Positions 14,249 through 39,611 of a stretch of DNA of 64,000 nt are shown piece after piece. The position numbers and the translations under genes are program-made. This DNA is from Hormiphora californensis (taxonomy: Eukaryota > Animalia > Ctenophora). Position 1 is the stretch's first letter, and each line of letters starts with the position of its first letter. The DNA lies in contig CM035353.1 in assembly GCA_020137815.1 (NCBI GenBank), positions 6,820,001 through 6,884,000 of the forward strand. The letters run 5' to 3'. The notes below the pieces were generated by a model. The model made no database searches. It was not told the DNA's origin and worked only from the letters and a program-made list of their open reading frames with translations.

Positions 14249-14381
14249 TTGGATGACCCGGGCCAAAGGCGCGGAATGCGCCTTCACCAGCTCTACAAAG
14301 TGTATTTTAGATTTCCTACAAAAGGTAATGTTTTATCCTACCACATTTTGCCATCCCGACGCCTTTGCGCCCGGGTATCCA
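14249..14381. mobile_element. Short inverted-repeat element (putative MITE)
   Basis: ttggatgacccgggccaaaggcg...cgcctttgcgcccgggtatccaa imperfect TIRs. Confidence 0.5.
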
Positions 14382-15519
14382 ACAATTTGTGGTTTTTGGT
14401 ATAGTTTTAGACAGTTGCAAATGATTTGGTATTAAGCCAAAATGAAGCAAGATATTGCCTTTCAATTCAAAATATAGCGTTATTTATATTTGCAGCTCGT
14501 ACCACGAGTCGATTTTAGGGCGGTATTGGTAGTCAAGGACAAAGGAAGGCTCATTAACTTTGAATCCTGTCCTTAGCCTCTAAAGAATTCCATGTCGATT
14601 TAGTGTATACAGATTAAACAGATGCTTTAAAAACTGTGTAACAATTTTACTGACAAAGACCTGTCGCAGTAGACAGGAGCGCGTTCGGTAGACGGTTTGC
14701 ACAAGTTTCTATGTTTGAGGTGGTATATTTCTCATCAGCTGGATGTCGCGAACTTCTCTTCACAAACCTACTTCAAAAACCAGCTAGCTGTAATAAAAGC
14801 TGGAAATTGGAAGTTTCAACTAATACAGATACATATAACAGACTGGCAGTTATATCGGTTCCTCTGCCATGCGTCCAGGTACTGTTATAATTAAAGTGAT
14901 AATCAAAGTGATACCGTTTTATATAGGCGATAATAATAGGTGTGATAATGATAGAAATAGTAACTAAAGAACTAGTTCATGTGGAAACCAAGAACTAGCT
15001 GCAGGGACTTGAGAAAGTTCGAATAAGGCATGTTAATTGGTCAAGACACCCCCTTGAAAGATATAGCATCACATGAGCTCAATTAAAAAGAGCTATCTAC
15101 GGCTATAGGCTATTTCGAGGAGATATATCAACTGTTTTGCAGATACCTACTGACGTATTGCTATTGGAAACATGTATTAATTTATGAGAGGTTTCTTTCG
15201 GTCGGATGTTGTCCTTATAACTCCTTATTTTTCTCTGATCGTCATATAGCTATACTTCTAACTCTTTCTTTGCCTTCTACTCCTATTCTTTTTCTCACTT
15301 GCCTCCGTGCTGAAACAGTGATCGTGAATTTCATTATTCAAGACAAGAATATTATTTTGTCTTCTAGTAGATAGAACCGGAAGTAGAAACAGAAGCAAGC
15401 AAATGTCATATGTAGGTTATGAGAGGAATAGAAGGAATTTTCAGTCAACAATAATGCCATTCTCAAGAACGCACATCCTATCTCTATTGAGAAAGGAAAA
15501 AAACAACTGTGATATTGAT

Positions 15520-15829
15520 GTAGAGAGAGAAGAGGAGAGAGAGGACGGAGAGAGAGAGAGAAAGAAGATGAGAGCAGGCAGAGCCATGAAGAGAGAGAGA
15601 GAAGAGAAGATGATGGCATTGTGAGAGAGAGAGAGAGAGAGGACAGAGATGAGAGAGAGGAGAGAGATCAGAGAGTAGAGAGAGAGAGAGAGACGAGAGA
15701 GAAGAGAGAGGAGAGAGAGAGAGACGAGAAGAGAGCGAGAGAGAGCGAAATGAGAGAGAGAGAGAGAGACGGAGGAGAGAGAGACGAGAGAGAAGAGGAG
15801 AGGTGAGAGAGAGGAGAGGAGAGATAGAG

Positions 15830-15881
<52 letters not shown>

Positions 15882-15906
15882 AGAGAGAGGACGAAGAGAG
15901 AGAGAG

Positions 15907-15938
<32 letters not shown>

Positions 15939-15963
15939 TGAGATAAGAGAGAGAGAGAGAGAG
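15520..15963. repeat. (GA)n microsatellite, degenerate
   Basis: Directly visible. Confidence 0.95.
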
Positions 15964-17162
15964 ATCTACCGCGCGGGATGTCAAGAAACCTCCATGGCCA
16001 TGATACAACTAAAAGGATCTGAAGCATCTATGAACGATTGAAAGTGACGGCTAGGACTTTTGAGGGTGCACTTCTATAACTCCTGTACGGAAACTCGTGT
16101 ACAAGAAATATTAGTAGTCGGGCTAGAAGTTATGGTTAAATTCAAAGTAATGTATGAGGCTGCAACTAAACAGAACTCAGTCTCTCAAGAGTTCCTTGCT
16201 CAAGACATTTCTAGCTCTTCGCAATGCGGCCATATGTTTTAACTTTTCACCCTTTCTCTCTCTAGCATCACCTTTATAACCAACCAGGTTCTGTATTTTA
16301 TGTAGCGGGTCACCCGCCGCCAGGGTGATTCGAAGGGAGGGTGGTATCACTGCACGGACCCGCGTGGCCTAATGGTGTTCTGCCCGGGGGCAAAGTCCTG
16401 GCACTGAAACAGTCATACCGCCAAATATAAGGGATATTATATTATTTAGTGTAATGATTTACTGCAGCTGTCTGGTTTCATACTTTCGCGAAACTTAGAA
16501 CTTCTTCGTAGAGGCTGTCCCAGGTGGGGTGAGAGGGATTTAGCACGGGGGGGGGGGGGGGGGGGGGGGCTACGTTCCCCAGCCTTGTGAGGTATACTGT
16601 CCAGAAGTGGTATCCTTAGAACTTCAGTATGTGTCATCAGTATGTTGATGAGACCCCCCCCCCCCCCCCCCCATAACCTATATTCTGGTAAAAACACATT
16701 TTTAGAATACCAAAGTATACCTTACCCAAACACACTTTTTGTCTGCTGTATAAAGTGAATAGGTTCACGATCTAATTATTGAAAGTATGATTGTGATCGT
16801 CCAACTCCAATTCAATGCAATGCAAGGAAACGATAGTAATTTACTTTATTTCAGTCCAAAATATGATGGAAATTACACGAATTACGATTAAAAAAGTAGT
16901 TTCATGATATCACATATTCACATACGTTCACATTGAGTAATAACGATCATGTCACTGAATAGCAGACATTAGTTTTATGGGATTGTAGTTTCATAGGATT
17001 GAAATACACGACTTCAGAAGCCGGACTTCCACTGCACACGAACACTAAACACACTCTTAATCCTGGTTTGGTTCGGCATGGGCCGGATTCCTCTCAACTA
17101 CTACACTTCCTGCAGCTCCTGATCCATCCCTTAATCTGCCAGGTGACACTGCTGAACACACG

Positions 17163-19728
17163 TCAGTCATTGAGCCCAGGACACCTATTATAGTTCTTCC
17201 TGTGTTTTACACTGATATATAAGCACTCAGCTAGTAGACACAACGCAGATACAAATGCGCCAATGCCAATGGCATAAAACAGTCCTGATCAAGCTCACAA
17301 GATCCATTGTCAATGATTTCATCTGGAGACACGAACTTGCGACCTTCTGACTTTCATATTTGGCCCAAAGTCCATCAATCACACCCTTTTCTCTGATCTC
17401 TAACATGAATGTGTCTATTAGATTCTTGAAGGGACTGTTTTTGCGAAGCCCAAACGCCAGGTCAAATGGCTGAAAGGAGTTTCCGACCTGGACGATATCA
17501 CATTCCCCCTTGGTAGCGTACCCAACTGCAGGTATCTCGTGAATAAAGACAAAACCACCCTCCCTCAACCTCCCATAGCCCTCATCGATAGAGTCTAGTT
17601 TGATGGCATCCTCCTCTAGCACCCTGTATTCTGTTTTACTGTTTGATGCAAGGAGCGTCTGCACGTTAGTACTCCCCACCAAACCCCAGCTATACACAGT
17701 CTGGGTTGGTAGTTGAAGGGGTGATTTGAGATCCGTCAACCTGTAGTTTAGTGTTAGGAAGGCTGCCATGTTAGCGGTGTAGAGGGTACTAAGAAGAAGG
17801 GAGAAGAACCACCAAGTGAGGAGGAGGACCCTTCCAGAGAGTGATCTTGGAAGGACATCCCCACCACCCCCCACCAGAGCTGAGCTGGTCAGCCAGAGGG
17901 ATTCTTGGAGGGACAACTGAGGATCACATGCATCTAGTGTGTCAACTAGACAGACTGCTTTGCCATGATCCGCAGTAGAAGTAGCGTTACTGCAGTTTTC
18001 GCATTTGCAAGTGTTCCTGGCGTATTTCTGGCCTCCCTGACTACCGAATGGAGAGAACCTACTGAAGATATAAATCCCACCTGAGACAACCAGACATATA
18101 CCCAATATTGTCGCCCAAACGCTCTCCTCGAAGGGTCGGAAGAAGAAGAAGATATCCCGTTGAATACCGGAGCTTTTGACATACGCTGCGAGACCTCCAT
18201 CGAACATTGGGTAGGTGAAATCAATGACATTTTTCCGGGCTGCGTTATTCGACAGCGACACAACTACCATATCTGTATTGTTGTCCATGAGGTCCCTAAC
18301 TAACCCATTCCATTGGTTAGTGACGGGGTCAAGCCCCCCAAACTTGCCATCTTCCGGCATCACAAAGTGGTATGTGAACTGGAGCCTCTCCGCCATTAGC
18401 TCCATTATTTCAATGTTAATACCGGTGAAACAACTATTTGAAGTGACATCATTACATCCATTCCTTATCCCTGTGAAGGGCATGTCAGGCAGGATACCGA
18501 GCCGCAGGTGCATCCCATCTAGCGTGTTCGCCACCCCGCTGGGCGAGGACTGGGAATCATTAAAGAAAATTGGTGTCTTTGTGATTTGTAGACCACCTCC
18601 TTCGCTCCAACTCCCCACTGCCACAAAAGTGTTGCCTATAAAGTTAACAATATCAAACACTCCGTCCGCAATTTGACCGTCCTCCATAAACTCGATATTC
18701 CCCGTTACCCCAGTGTATTGAGTCTCGGTAATTGCTTCAAACACCTCCCCTCCCCCAGACCACGATACATTCCCTGCATCGCATGATAGATTCTGTTCCG
18801 GTAGGCTCAACTTGGAGATAACATTATCAGTCAGTTTCACCGCGTCGTAGAACAAGAGAGCGTAGTCCGTTAGATGGTTTGCAGAGTCAGGGAATCGTGT
18901 CGTGTAGTTGTCGTGGAACTCGTTGTAAAGGTGTGATCGTGTTATCTGTGGCCTAACGCCTAAAAGCCCCTGGTAGTATGACCTGTACGCCCCATTGTAG
19001 GCTAGTTCGTTGATGTTCCCAGCCACAGCATCACTGACAATCCATACGAACTCCTCCCCCATCAGACCGATCCGATGGGCTTCTTCCATGATGTCCCTAG
19101 CGTGGGTTACACTACCAAAATACACGATCACCCTATCTAATGATGCTCGGATGGATGCAAATAGGTCTTCCAAATCAACTGATTCTGTATAAGTATCGAA
19201 AATTAGGATGTTCTTTAGATCAAAATCACCCTCCTTTAGAAGCATTCTTTGTAAATCTACAATCCCGTTAATGCCATATGCATCATTCGAGGCCAAGAGC
19301 GTCACCTCTTTCCATCCATACTTCTTGAGTAGTTGGGTTATCGCTTGGACTTGATAATAGTCGCTGGGTGGCATTGTAATTATCCGGGAACTGCCACGAC
19401 GGAGTTGAGATATGGTGGCTGAAACGGACAGGAGGGGAATCCCATAGCCACCAAAATATCTAGCAAATGAATCAGTCTCGTCTGAGGAGCCTTTATTGAT
19501 TACAACCGAGATATTGGACTCTAATAACTGACAAACAACGCTCGCCTGATCCCGGATAGTACCATCATGCTGAAGCCAAACCACAGGTGTGTCGAGTTCT
19601 GCTATCTCCAACAAATTCTGGAACACGGTCGTTTCAAGAGAATTAGTGCCGGTGAAGATTCCAATTGTGGGCTGGGTGGTGTCAATATGGCATGGGAGAA
19701 TAGTGATAAGCCATATCAAGAACAACAT
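17163..19728 (-). CDS. Ionotropic glutamate receptor family subunit (Epsilon/ctenophore-type), intronless
   Basis: Signal peptide, ATD, S1 (PEDGKFG, SLSNNAARKNVIDFTYP), M1, M2-PRSLSGR, M3 LYTANMAAFLT, S2 (FIHE, FGLRKNSPF). M4 (SGLFYAIGIGAFVSALCLLAEC) lies in another frame after a 1-nt shift near 17288 and stops at 17163. Confidence 0.95.
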
Positions 19729-20557
19729 GATGATAACTGTTCATGGGTTGATGGGATACCTGGTAGTTGTGTCAACATACTATGTGCAGAGGGGGATCTG
19801 TGTGTGTATTAGGAAAACTAAGGAAAACTGAGAATATATCTGAGACCATCTTCGTATTTCCTGAGTGGTTAACGTATTAAGCATGTGACATACGCTGTAG
19901 ACCGCAGAGTCGCTTTGAGGACTCTCCTAACTATCTTTTCCGTTTTTGGAAAGTTCAGGATGTCGTTGTCCCCAATTGTGGTAACCCGTGATAAACTGAA
20001 AGAGATGAATATAGTGTGAAAACAAAGCTGTATATCTAATGTACTGGGGTCATGCTACCACTCTCCATTTCTCTCCTCTCTCTCAATCTCTCTTTCCGTA
20101 TCTCTTTTTCTCACTCTCCTAGTTTTGTCGCACGTACACACACACACACCATTGTACTGCATTGTACTGCACGGTACAGTACACCAGGTGCTGTCTGCTA
20201 AAAGTCTTCTTGCTTATAATACCACCCTCTCTTTAGTATAGCAAATATCGTTTCTTCAACCAATTGATTAACTCAAATATTTGACAATTGAGAATTGAGA
20301 ATTGAGATATTTGCAATGCTGTGTTCCTTTTTTAATCTTGTTTACATCATCTGCATGACGTAAGAAATGAACGGTAACGAAAGAGAGGTCCTTGGAATGT
20401 GTGCAGGATATATCACAACTTCGACTTCCTATAATTTTCCTTTCAGTCTATTGTGTTCTGATTTATTGTTGTTGTTTATATCTGCTTTTAGATATTGGAA
20501 TATGATTCAATCCGTTCAATGTCAATTTAAACAATTTTAATGCGTACAATTTCAGCC

Positions 20558-34186
<13,629 letters not shown>

Positions 34187-34412
34187 CAGTAGTCGAGTTC
34201 GTTTACTTCTTTTAATTCTGAGAATTTTTCGTTGATTGTTTTAGAGACATGTTTCTGAAACTGATTTTAATAGAAATTGAAAGTGCATTGTGTGCCAAAA
34301 CCTTGTGTAAAGTACTTTATCCCGTGACACTTGATATACCGGATTGAATTAGTTTCCTACAAATATGAATTATTCTCATAACTAATAGCGACGGCAAGAC
34401 CATGTTACTACC

Positions 34413-35891
34413 CACGGTGTCCCTTAAGGAGGTGAAACCTCGACTAGAATAAGTTTTTTGGAGACCGGACCTAGGTTACGTATTTTTGACCGAGGAATCC
34501 GAAAAACATAAAATTAAAATCGAAAACGTAGCGGTTTTTGCGTAAAACGGCAAAAACTGTCATTTTTCAGCGATTTTCGACTTTTTACGCTTTCTAGAGA
34601 TTTAAAAAATATTTCCTTACAAGATATGATCTTGTGCTTCTAGACTAATAAAATACAATCGATTTGCTACAAATTGGTCCCGGGTTTGTGTGATTTGGTC
34701 AAAAGCTCTCTTTACTGTGGCCCATCAAAGATGGCCACTCTGCAAATATGTATTTGGCTCCTGTGGCTGCAGATGTAAACCAAAAGAAGATTTATTATAC
34801 ACTCAAATTTGCGTCTTCTCAAGGCGAACAACCTGGTTTTTACGGCATTCCATTTCATGCAGGCGTTGAGGAGTTACAGCTGAAAAACTGGTACAGTGGA
34901 TTTTGGAAATACCCCTACTTCAACAAACCCTAATCCAGATAAGATTTCGAAAAATATACATCTGCATACATGAAAATGAAGCTCAGGCAAATGCCAACGT
35001 GATGCAAAAAACAGGAAGTGTCTAACTTATTTCGTTTAGAAGCTATAGCCAAAGTAAAAGTGCTTATATTTGCCTTGAAAACACCCTCTAAAAACCATAC
35101 TTTTAGACAATTTCTGACAATTTCAAACAAATTCTGTCCACAGGGGGCTAAGTTGGTGCACTGGAGGTGACATTTTATTCGTATTGCATTTTTAGACAGA
35201 TTTGCTGTTTTTCAGGGCTTTTAGAGGGTGTTTTCAAGGCAAATATAAGCACTTTTACTTTGGCTATAGCTTCTAAACGAAATAAGTTAGACACTTCCTG
35301 TTTTTTGCATCACGTTGGCATTTGCCTGAGCTTCATTTTCATGTATGCAGATGTATATTTTTCGAAATCTTATCTGGATTAGGGTTTGTTGAAGTAGGGG
35401 TATTTCCAAAATCCACTGTACCAGTTTTTCAGCTGTAACTCCTCAACGCCTGCATGAAATGGAATGCCGTAAAAACCAGGTTGTTCGCCTTGAGAAGACG
35501 CAAATTTGAGTGTATAATAAATCTTCTTTTGGTTTACATCTGCAGCCACAGGAGCCAAATACATATTTGCAGAGTGGCCATCTTTGATGGGCCACAGTAA
35601 AGAGAGCTTTTGACCAAATCACACAAACCCGGGACCAATTTGTAGCAAATCGATTGTATTTTATTAGTCTAGAAGCACAAGATCATATCTTGTAAGGAAA
35701 TATTTTTTAAATCTCTAGAAAGCGTAAAAATCGCTGAAAAATGACAGTTTTTGCCGTTTTACGCAAAAACCGCTACGTTTTCGATTTTAATTTTATGTTT
35801 TTCGGATTCCTCGGTCAAAAATACGTAACCTAGGTCCGGTCTCCAAAAAACTTATTCTAGTCGAGGTTTCACCTCCTTAAGGGACACCGTG
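34413..35891. mobile_element. Non-autonomous palindromic DNA transposon, Chapaev(CMC)-like
   Basis: CACGG...CCGTG termini, ~680-bp near-perfect TIRs, ~125-bp spacer, 4-bp TSD TACC. The empty site gttacTACCattg is present at ~39111-39123. Confidence 0.85.
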
Positions 35892-35988
35892 TACCATTGT
35901 TAGCTTGGTTTTCTCTTCTCTCCACGAACGTTCATACCATGAACACAAAAACTGAGGGGTCTGGCGTACTTCCTATCTACCGAAATGG

Positions 35989-36081
35989 TTGGTAACGAAG
36001 TTACCCCTCCCTTGCCGGCGCGCGAAGCGCGCCAAACGAAGGCCGCGAAGCGGCCTGAGTGTGAGGTGTCTTGGATACCAA
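35989..36081. mobile_element. 93-bp insertion with GCGAAGC hairpins
   Basis: Flanked by duplicated ccgaaatgg; ends ttggta...taccaa; absent from the duplicate copy at ~39204-39212. Confidence 0.75.
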
Positions 36082-36582
36082 CCGAAATGGATAGTGAATT
36101 CTATAGCCATGGATATCCATTTTTAATTGACTGCGACGGTGAACTTTACATTTTCAGCAGGCAGCGGATTACGGGGCCCCGAAAGAATAATGCTGTTCTA
36201 AAAAGTTTTCCTCAAATTTAAAGAAATTTTTTCAGGTGACACTTCTTTCTTTTCTAAGGGAACAAAAACAAACCTCTGCTTCTTGTACAAAAATTACAAT
36301 GGGATGGTACTTTTTAAAAAGAATTTTAGCACCACGTCAGCAGGGGATTCAGCAGGGTTTGGCAAATTTAACATCTCTAAAAGCTTCTAACGTGTAAATG
36401 CTTGACATTAGGCAGCGTTGGCAGCACATTACTTCAAAAATGTTTTTGGTTTGTTGATCTGTCTCTCGATCTCGGCCACAACTCATTCCAATACATTAGG
36501 TATTGCATCTGGAGGATCTTATAGTGTGACATAGTCAGACTGACCCGAGCTCGTGTAAATATGCCTCGTTAGCATATGCAGC

Positions 36583-39500
36583 GAATAACTGCAGTTAAGT
36601 ACTGACCATTGACATGGTGTACTTTACTGGTTATATGCAGCCGATATATTGATTTAAAAACATTTCCCGTTTGGAAGGCATAAGGTATGTTTTGAGAAGA
36701 AAGCAATCGTTATATTTCAGTGTAGATGGAATTGGATTGCAAGTTCTTTACACCACTATAGAGGGTCTGGTGCTGACCTTACTTCTACTTCTCATAGACG
36801 AACATTTCCTGCTTTTTCAGGTAAATACAGAAGTCGCCGGTATTCCTTTTACTAATGCGTCTCATAAACTTTTGGCTGCTCCAATCACTCTAATTTCGCA
36901 AATCATTCATTGCATTTTAAACAATATTAATGGCATTTTAATTTTCAGCTAAACTTTGATCGCGAAGATATCCGTAAGAAAACAGTGGAAGATGAAGACT
37001 GTAACACGGAGCGTAAAAATGTTTTGAAGGGAGAAAAGGACTTTCAGTTAATAGTAGATTCAATATGCAAAGACTACGGAGATATGACGGTATAATTATT
37101 TTTTATTGAGAAATGAGAAGTGAATACTCTTCACCGAAGATTGAAAAGCACATTCCTTTCTGCACAAAGTACAGTTGAGAGACTTCACCGAGTGTTAATA
37201 TATCTACAGGTACTCAACAACATAACGTTCGGGTTGACCCAAGGTCAGTGCGTGGGGTTGCTAGGTCCAAATGGAGCGGGTAAATCCACCCTATTCTCCG
37301 TGCTGAGTGGTGAGACAATCCCAACATTCGGGGACGTTTCCTTATTTGGTATTAACATGATCAAGGATCTAAATGGATACAAACAGTGTATCGGATATTG
37401 TCCTCAGGAAGCTGCTACTTTTCCAAACCTGACAAGTAGGTATTATAATCTACCCCGATCAGCATCCTGCGGTAAACTGGGATCCAATCCTGTATTACAG
37501 CATGCAGGACCACTGCACCTTATTTGTACAGTGTTCTTGTGCAAAGATAGAGGAGGTACTCGCATCCCTTTTGAAAAATTCAACAATGACTGCATTTAAC
37601 AATAAAACCTGCACGTGTCAAGGTAGGGAGGTGTTGTTACTCTTTGCTGGACTGAGGGGCATCACTCGAAAGTATAGGGAGGAGTTTGTTGATAAACTAC
37701 TTATGTGGACAGGGCTAACTCGGTACGCGGATAGGGCTTCGGGAACCTATTCGGGAGGGACTCTTAGGAAACTATCACTCGCCATTGCGTTGGTGAGTGT
37801 GTAACGCCTGTTTAGTGCTCCTTCATAAACAACAAATATAACTGTTTAGTACTCCTTCATAAATAAAATTGTTTCAGATTGGAGACCCTCCGGTTTTGCT
37901 GTTGGATGAACCGACTGCGAGCGTTGATCCGTCCTCACGAAGGGCCATTTGGAAGCTGCTCCGTCAACTGGCAGACTCTGGAAAATCTGTTCTTGTTTCA
38001 ACACATATTAAGGTATCTTATCAACCTTCAATCGTGATATATCGTTGAATTGTTCATACTTTCTTTTTATTCATGGACACAGTGTCAAGCGATTCAATGA
38101 TATCGTTGGTACTAGCCAAGTCATAGTTTCATTCAACTATAATTATAATAGTTTACTAATTCAGCGTTACCAATGTTAACAGCCCTTCCTATTATAATAC
38201 TGTTGATAACTCATTTAGGGTGAAGTTGAGACGTTGTGTGATAAAGTGGTTGTGCTGTGCGAGGGACAAATGAAGGCTGTCGGACCATGCGGACAGGGTG
38301 AAAAAATAAGTTTGGAGCTGGTTTCAGTTTACAGGTTACCACAGCGGAGTCTTCAGAAGTCGAGTTAACTAAAACAGCCCTTGAACATCGTCTAAAGGAT
38401 GTTGCATTGGTTCACAAGGTTCGTACTTCGTAACAATATGAATATATCATATCTAATATAGTAGATATAGATACGTATTACTTGATACTAATCACTAAGT
38501 ACTAGGTATTGGTTGAAATTATTCCCGTGACCGTTCATGTGTTTTTAATTGAACCAGCTGCATTTCCCACCTCAGATTGGCCGGAATTTACAGTACTTTG
38601 TGCCGGATGCCAGCTACACCTACTCCCAAGTGTTCATGGCGGTTGAGCTGTTGAAGCATCTGGTAAAACTAGATCATTATAACGTGTGCCAGCTGGCATT
38701 TAGCCAATTGAACTTTATGGTAGATCTGAGTGAACCATCCTCGATACCTGGGGTTTTTGATCGGGTAAATGGGTTTGTGAGACGGAGTCTGAGGAGAAGT
38801 TTCGGCTCTTTAAAGACGGGACCAAAAGCACTACCTGTAATTACGAACACTGACGATAAAAAACAATTAAGTAAAGTGCGCAGTGATGTATGACAGTAGT
38901 CGAGTTCGTTTACTTCTTTTAATTCTGAGAATTTTTCGTTGATTGTTTTAGAGACATGTGTCTGAAACTGATTTTAATAGAAATTGAAAGTGCATTGTGT
39001 GCCAAAACCTTGTGTAAAGTACTTTATCCCGTGACACTTGATATACCGGATTGAATTAGTTTCCTACAAATATGAATTATTCTCATAACTAATAGCGACG
39101 GCAAGACCATGTTACTACCATTGTTAGCTTGGTTTTCTCTTCTCTCCACGAACGTTCATACCATGAACACAAAAACTGAGGGGTCTGGCGTACTTCCTAT
39201 CTACCGAAATGGATAGTGAATTCTATAGCCATGGATATTCATTTTTAATTGACTACGACGGTGAACTTTACATTTTCAGCAGGCAGCGGATTACGGGGCC
39301 CCGAAAGAATAATGCTGTTCTAAAAAGTTTTCCTCAAATTTAAAGAAATTTTTTCAGGTGACACTTCTTTCTTTTCTAAGGGAACAAAAACAAACCTCTG
39401 CTTCTTGTACAAAAATTACAATGGGATGGTACTTTTTAAAAAGAATTTTAGCACCACGTCAGCAGGGGATTCAGCAGGGTTTGGCAAATTTAACATCTCT

Positions 39501-39611
39501 AAAAGCTTCTAACGTGTAAATGCTTGACATTAGGCAGCGTTGGCAGCACATTACTTCAAAAATGTTTTTGGTTTTGTTGATCTGTCTCTCGATCTCGGCC
39601 ACAACTCATTC
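36583..39611 (+). repeat. Near-identical second copy of 31877-36489 (ABCA 3' exons through GPCR start), lacking two TE insertions
   Basis: Identical ORFs 31966/36671, 32415/37120, 32797/37502 and 33842/38549. A truncated GPCR start at 36398-36489 is followed by a noisy junction at 36490-36582. Confidence 0.95.

Noticed and set aside
34748-35564. Identical ORF pairs on opposite strands
   Set aside because: Consequence of the palindrome; short and without recognisable domains.
36671-38893. Second functional ABCA gene
   Set aside because: Only the 3' exons are present, near-identical to copy 1, with no 5' part.
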